Positions 56,982 to 64,000 of a DNA stretch of 64,000 bases are shown here, one piece after another (positions within the stretch are counted from its first letter, which is position 1; every line of letters begins with the position of its first letter). Position numbers and translations under genes: made by a program. This DNA is from Paragordius varius. Its lineage: Eukaryota > Animalia > Nematomorpha. Below the pieces are notes generated by a model. It did not search any database. It had not been told where the DNA came from and saw only the letters and a list, made by a program, of their open reading frames with translations. The DNA lies in contig OZ176056.1 in NCBI GenBank assembly GCA_964247055.1, forward strand, positions 4,340,001 through 4,404,000. Reading direction: 5' to 3'.

Positions 56982-57300
56982 TATGAACTCCTACTACTAA
57001 ATATTTTTTTCAATATTTATATTCACTGCCAATAAAAATAAATTCAATTTTGATTTTTATTTGTATTATTTGAACTTAATTATACAAAATTTAAATATCC
57101 AAATGATTGATCACAATTTATTTGGACTCTATTTAAATTATGAAGATTAAATTTCAATATGATTTATCTTAATTATTTTATCACACAGTGGTGCAATTTA
57201 ATATTTTAATTATGAAACATATACAAATTCATAGAATGTTTGTATCGAATTGATAAATGCGGTAAAAATACTGATAAAAAGTTATGTTAATATTGATATT

Positions 57301-57845
57301 TACATTTCGATTTAAAATGGGGTATCTAAATACTTTAGACTAAATTTGACTTTGGATTTTTAAAAAGTAGTGAAGGAAACGGTCCTAATTTAAATGCTTC
57401 TATCCTAATAAAAATTATATAAACATGCCAAATATTTTGTTTTTTTAAAAAAAATTTCCATGTCAAAATATTTAGACGCTATTTTTATTTTACAAAATTT
57501 TTGCAAAATATCATTTTAATAAGGCTAAAATAGCTAAATTTTTATTTAAATTACATTTAACATTGTTGGAAATAGAAAAAGCGGTTTATTTTGTATTATG
57601 TTTTAATTTTACCATTGCACACATGTCACGTTGAATAAATGTTTACCTTTCGGTTTTAGCTCAAAATAAGTAATATCAAGTATTTTTGAATAAAATTTTT
57701 TACATATTTCGGTTTATTAATGTTATATAAATGAAAAATTTTGTGCTCTCAATTCCTTCAATATTTTTTTAAGAATTTATTAAACAGGCCTCGGGTATTT
57801 AACTACCCCATTGAAGGACTAAAATGAATGTGTTGTATCCAAATG
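57301..57845 (-). mobile_element. MITE family 2 copy (reverse orientation)
   Basis: Reverse-complement match to the family; ends ...TGTGTTGTATCCAAATG|TTAA. A further partial right end lies at about 59520-59665. Confidence 0.75.
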
Positions 57846-59519
57846 TTAAAAACGAAAACAATTACATTTTCATTGTAGTTAGGCAGGATAAAAATACACA
57901 ATCAAAGACCACCTAATTATTAGTAGTTATATGGTATAAACTTATATCTCCTAAGAACAATATTTTATTAATTAATTTAAATTTTTCCAACTAGAAACAC
58001 CTTAAAAATGTATAAGAAGTAATGGTCATCGCACTTTGGCCTCGAATTTGAGTAAAAGAATTATAATTTCATATATTTATTATATATATCTCGACCACTC
58101 TGCGTTTTTGAGTAAATTTAAATGCGCGTTTACACCGTTTCCATAATATTTTCAATATATATGTATTTACTAGACTCTTTAATAAAAAAAACCATCAATG
58201 CATGGTTTTATATCAATAGACAACAATTTTAACTTTTTTTAACTGCCATTCTTGTAAATTTTAAATTTATTTTATTAAAGTACATAATTAGTATATCTGA
58301 AAAAAAAAATTGGTCTAGCATGCAAGAATTTTTTTATATTAGAGTTTATCGATAATTTTTGGCCCCGATTTAACATTAAACTCGAAATTTCGAAAATTAA
58401 AAGTTTTAGATATGAAGCCATGTATTTTATATCATTCAAAAGAGCGCAAAAAACTGCATCTTTTAAATGGTAGTAAGTCATTTAAATCAATCGGATGTAA
58501 AAGTTATTTGGATTTATATGGTCGAAATTTTCAATCCTTAAATAAGTCAAGATTTTTCACATGCAAACCAATTTGAAAATCATATAAATTATTTTAATAT
58601 AATTATTAGGGTTATATTAGTATTTAATTTAAAAAAAATGTTTGAAAAAGCTTTTGGTTTGCTTTTTTAATATAAATTATTATTATCAAAAATATTTTAA
58701 CTAGTGGATATTAAAATGCATAGTTATAACTGTAAATTTATTACATAATGGCTATAAAAGATCAAAAATACCTTAAACTTTGTTTTTATCTTTAAAATTT
58801 CGAAATTATTAGCCTCGTAAAGAAAATAAATTAATATTGATGAGATGATAATTTTTAAAAAACAAAAAAATTTAAAAATCGCTGTTTTGAGTGTCATAAA
58901 AGCAATAAAAAAATGTTTCAATCAATAAAACTTCTTGTGTTATCTTTTTTAAACATTCATCACCATCTAGACAAAGTTTGAGCTATTTTAATCCATTAGT
59001 TTTAAAATAATAATAATAAAAATGCTCTCGCTTCGCGCGTTTGTCGCTCTGTCCAATATTAACTGTCGATGTAATAAATATTAATATGCATTTTATAGAG
59101 TTTTATTACTCTTTCGAATGATATATTACAAATGGGCATTACTTGTATATTTTGAAAAAAAAACATTTTGTAGTAAAATTTTGATAAAGAGGGCGCATAA
59201 TCGAAAAAATCAAATTATACAAAATTCTTCCAACGAGTTATAATTTTTATTTCATATTTACTGTTAAAATGTTACTAAATATCAGAAATTGCAAAAAACT
59301 CGAGCGGCAGAAAAATTTGTTGTCCAGTGAATTCATACTGTATATTGATTCCATTAATCTTTAATTTTATTTTCAAATTTACTATTCTATATTATTATAA
59401 TTTTTAGTGTTTTAAATAATTTTTAGACGGGAATTTATGTTATTATTATTATTTAATGGTACTTAAAAATTAAGAATGTAGTACAGAAATTTTTAAAAAA
59501 TTATTTTTTTTTAAAATCA

Positions 59520-62500
59520 AGTGTCGAAGAATTTTTGGAATATTTTCACAGATATTTTGGCATAATTATATAATTTTATTATATAGACGCATAAATTTAA
59601 ATTGTGACCGTTTCCTTTAGTATTTTTTCAAAATCCTAACATAAATTGAGTAGGTATTTAGAACCCCAATTTGAATCGAAACATTAATTTAAAAAATTTG
59701 GGTAAATTTTGTGAATGCAATGATAGAAATTTTCAGTATCATCGAACTATATAGAAAGTATATTTATTATACAGTAAATCGTAATTAGCATCAATTAATT
59801 TGAAATGACCTAAATGACATTTTTAATTTTGGAAAATAGTTACAATGATATCATGTCATCAGAATTTAGATTTTTTTATTATATACTATAACATTTTTTT
59901 ACCTTTTTGACCATTAAAACCATAAAGTATGCTTCAAAGTTTTGCGAATATTTCAATTTAGAAGAAAAATAAGCATTTTTCTATTTAAACTTATATTTTA
60001 AATATATTTTATTTTTTAGAGTAGTTATTATATATCCTTTTTATTTATCATTAAAAATAAGATTTTTATTAAATGTTTTTTGATTGAGTGGAAAATGGTT
60101 GCAATCGAGTCAATTTTTACCGAACTACAGTGGCATATATCAAACCTATCCGTATAATTATAACATTTTTTGAAATATAGCGTAAAATTTGTTCTTTTAT
60201 CAGTGGTGTTTTTCATACGCTCTTATGTAATTGATCTAATGGTTATAAAGATGTAGAATGTCGGTTTTTAGACAATTGAATAAAAAAAACATATATGACT
60301 ATATTAAAGAGGGTGTTTATAATATAATATGCCGAGAGTTTAAGAGAATTTTTTTAATTAGTCCCTTAATTCGACCCTGCCTGCATGTAAATGGGCACGT
60401 TTTAATTAGAATCCAAAGAAATATTTTCCGTTCTTAAATCTCATAAGCAGTCATATTTATATTTGCCCTTTTAGGTGCGTCCCGATATGAATCCTGGCAT
60501 AGATATAATTATCCAGAAAACTTGTAGCCCATTCATTTGCAAAACCATTATATATATTTGTAAATGAATCGACGGCGGCATTGTCATTTACTTCCCTACT
60601 TAGTTCATCATTCCCTAGAAACTGAAGCTCTTAAATAAAATATCTTTTATCTTCACCCAGGTTAAATAAATGGCTCTAATAAATTCTTGAAAGAGGTGTA
60701 GGCTTTTTGAATTTACAAGAATTATATAGTAGGCATTGTCATTTTTATTTTACCCTTATTTACTGTCCATTCCACAGAAAATGGAGCTCTTAAATAAATT
60801 TATAACTTCATTTATAGTTTGTCACTATTAGCCACACAGCCTTTTGTCCAATAATTTCTAGTATTGTGTCCAAGGTGAAAAGCCACTCACATAAGCGCTC
60901 GTATTTAGCCCTATCATATTTTTTAATAACAACTAACCCAGATTTTAGCTATTTTTCAGTAAACGCATTAGGGCATGGTTATCAGTTTTGGACCTATTAA
61001 TTTCTAATCTGAGGGTATATCTGGCACCTTTTTTGTCCTTTGACAAGAATTCCACCTTTAAATACGCGAGATGTGAATTACAGCTTTATTTTTACCCAAC
61101 TCCTTTCTTACAAGTTTTCACACCTTTCGGGCCTAAAAAACATGGAAGAGTTATTTTTAACTCTCGGATTGATTGTAAACCTGTGTAAATGTATCATAGT
61201 ATGAAAGTTTTGACCATTTTTTGAATAATTAATAGTTAAATATGAATAATTTGAAAAAGCGCAGTTTCAATACACAATAATAAAGGTATAGTTAAAAAAT
61301 CATTTTTCGTGAATATTTATATTTTGTCATTCACTTTATCTGTATTCTTGTTAATTTCATTTCTATTTGGCCGATTACCAATTATGTTTAACATTGAGGC
61401 ACGACCCCTCGTGAGGTCAAAATATTTATAAATATCATATTTTTTAGTGTAATTTTTTTGAAACTTAGGTTGTTCACCTTTTACCCAGCAATGCAACAAA
61501 TTAAATTTAATATCTATATATATTATACATTGAGTAAGATAAATTTTAATTTAATATTTTTATTGATTGAATTAAAATGAAAATATTTTTTTTAATATTC
61601 ATTGTATATGGTAATTTTTTGGACAAATTAACAATGTTACTAAAATGTTACAAGCCAAATTTAAACTTTGGTTTCTGAATGATTTATAATTTTTATTGCT
61701 AAGTCATAATATATTAGGATGTTAAAGGATACTAAAAATATAATATTATAACTTTTGGTTTTAAATAAACAAATTATTATCTAATTGGAAGCTTAATACT
61801 GTATTTAAATTTATTTATGCCAATTTTTAAAATTTTATATAATATATGGTACACTTTAAACAAAATTTAAATATTTTTACAATATATATTGACTGCACTA
61901 TTCAAATAATTTATCATCGCATTCTCATCTCAAACTTTGTGTCCTCGAATGTTTTAATATGTCGAACATTTGACATATTTTATGACTATCCTTTTGAATA
62001 AAGGAATACAATTTAAAAATGATCTAATTTTTCAATTAAAACTAAAATAAAATCCGAAGTTATCCCATTTATAATTTGATAATGCGGACAAAATGTTAAA
62101 TTAAAATATATATTTTAAGGACATTCCATAGCCAATGGCTATTTTAACGACGAAAATACGAACAATCATATTCCGATTTGGCCAACTTTAAACCATAAAA
62201 ATCCAGGTAAGAACATATATCTTATATATATATATATATAATATAACCATTAATAATAGAATAAATTTTAAACATTAAACTTTATGCACAATATAATAAT
62301 TTCTTATGTTTTGCCCCTTTTATAGACTTATTTCCTATAAACTATGATTTTATAAACATTTTTGTCAATTATGAAGTTTCATATTTTTTGGGTGGCGTGT
62401 TAGTCACCCTTGAACCTTACTAAGCTATATTAATCAACACCAATAGATTGGCAAAATATGGATAAAAGTATGGGTAATAGCCATGCCATTGGAAATATCA

Positions 62501-64000
62501 CAACGAACCGAATTGATGAAGTTTATTCAAAGCCTAAGGCATACAAATTTACTAAGAACGGTTTCCCTACTATAATATAATTATTATTGATCCAATAATT
62601 TTTAATTATGTATGCACCATGATTTTTTCTTCAGATTTAGACTCAAAATTAAATAAATCTCGTACGGTTTTGGCAAGTATTATTTATTAATATAACAAAT
62701 TTTAACCAAATTATATCGTACCTGATATAGAGGTGAAAACACGATCAATTCCTGATTCCAACTTTATTTTAAAGATTAATGGTAAAATATTTTAATATAC
62801 ACGCTTTGTTAGTATTATTATGTATATATATACTTTAATATTTCTTAGAAAAAATCATTTTGTTACTTATCTGTTCAAAATTTAGATAGCTTCCAAAATT
62901 AAATTAACATTTTTAATTTTTGAATAAAGCACCTCTCAGATAAGCATATTAATAACATCCGTATTTATTTCAGGTCCTACTATCCAAAAAATTAAAAAAA
63001 AAATTTGATTATGAAAATTAAAACCCAAGTAAATGGAGAATCCTACTATTGTTAGTTTTAATGAGTAAATAAATTAAACAGTCATTAACTAGCATATATT
63101 AAAATTAAAATTATTTTGTCTCGTTTGGCAGTAAAATGGTATTTTGCTAGAAAATCAAATTTAATTTACAATTTTAATTTAAATTATATTGCCCTATCTC
63201 TACAATATTAAATAAATTCTTAACAATACCCAGAAATGAATCATCTAATTTGAATATTTACTTTTTTGTAAAACATAAAAATCTATATGATACAATATAT
63301 GGAAGAATAATAATTATTTTTTTAATATTAATTTTTGTCTTGAACAACAGGTAAATTCCAAACAATACATGATAACCATAATGATTATATAGCATATAGT
63401 ATATTTGCAACGATCATTATCGTTTAAAGCATTTTTTAAAATTTTACCTCAAATGTGACATAACTGACTTAGAGGTCAAGGAAAACTGGTTTTTTACTTC
63501 CTTTAGACATCAAAATATTACATCAATATAAGTGGTAACAAAAACAAAATCCTTAAAAATAAATTTGTTCATAGCGATGTCGATTTTGTGTTTTATATAA
63601 AAGATTTTAACATTATAAATGTTAATTAAGCTTATAATTATTTTAGATACTAAAGATATCACGGCAGAGGTTGAAAAATGGATTCAGGACAAAAATATAT
63701 CCGAAAATATTCCCGGTCAGCACTTATAATTTTTGTGATACAATTGGCTAAATTCATATGATATGCTAATTTTTTACTTTGATTGATTTTAGAATTCAAC
63801 TATACAAAGTTATTGGTTATGGCACCCAAAGATAAAACAAAAGGTTTATAATAATATTGTTAAATTAGCTAAAAAAGCAATCAATTTTTTTTTGAAACAA
63901 GGAAATTTATATTAGATTATTTATCACCAATTCAGCTCGTATTTATCTAGTTTAACTCTACTCTATAAATATGTTAACAATGAATAAATATAAATAAAAA
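59520..64000 (+). repeat. Segmental duplication, copy B (runs off the window)
   Basis: Collinear with about 40080-45370; it lacks the roughly 430-bp segment that carries the hammerhead in copy A. Confidence 0.9.
61577..63843 (+). CDS. Paralogue B of the secreted micro-exon gene (continues beyond the window)
   Basis: Exons 61577-61610, 62120-62206, 62447-62560, 62635-62676, 62731-62781, stop exon 62886-62902, then 63647-63715 and 63793-63843. Splice sites and phases are the same as in copy A; begins MKIFFLIFIVYGHSIANGYFNDENTNNHIPIWPTLNHKNP. Confidence 0.8.

Noticed and set aside
61142-61190. Signal-peptide-like ATG (MEELFLTLGLIVNL) in copy B
   Set aside because: The equivalent frame in copy A has a stop and no ATG; the conserved start is at 42501/61577.

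Overview
Very AT-rich eukaryotic (invertebrate animal) genomic window, dense in introns and transposon debris. The conserved genes were reconstructed by hand from splice sites. They are: the 3' part of an F-spondin-like gene (TSP1 + Kunitz, +), a secreted S1 serine protease (-), CHMP3/VPS24 (-), an Abl-family tyrosine kinase (+), TRAPPC2/sedlin (-) and COX15 (-). Several of their introns are only 22-30 nt. The right third (about 42.5-57 kb) holds an unrecognised, apparently secreted gene or gene cluster that the ORF track mostly misses, because it is built almost entirely from symmetric phase-1 micro-exons. Near its end are seven consecutive 21-nt exons, each encoding one amphipathic heptad. 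A diverged tandem paralogue starts at about 61.6 kb and runs off the window. Mobile DNA includes a decayed hAT (Blackjack-type), a mariner relic, a Harbinger-type element with a nested RTE LINE tail, RTE endonuclease relics, a Helitron-like repeat-bearing element, several MITE families, and two minimal type-I hammerhead ribozymes of the Penelope-associated kind. All gene models are manual and lack transcript support. The organism cannot be identified from the sequence alone.
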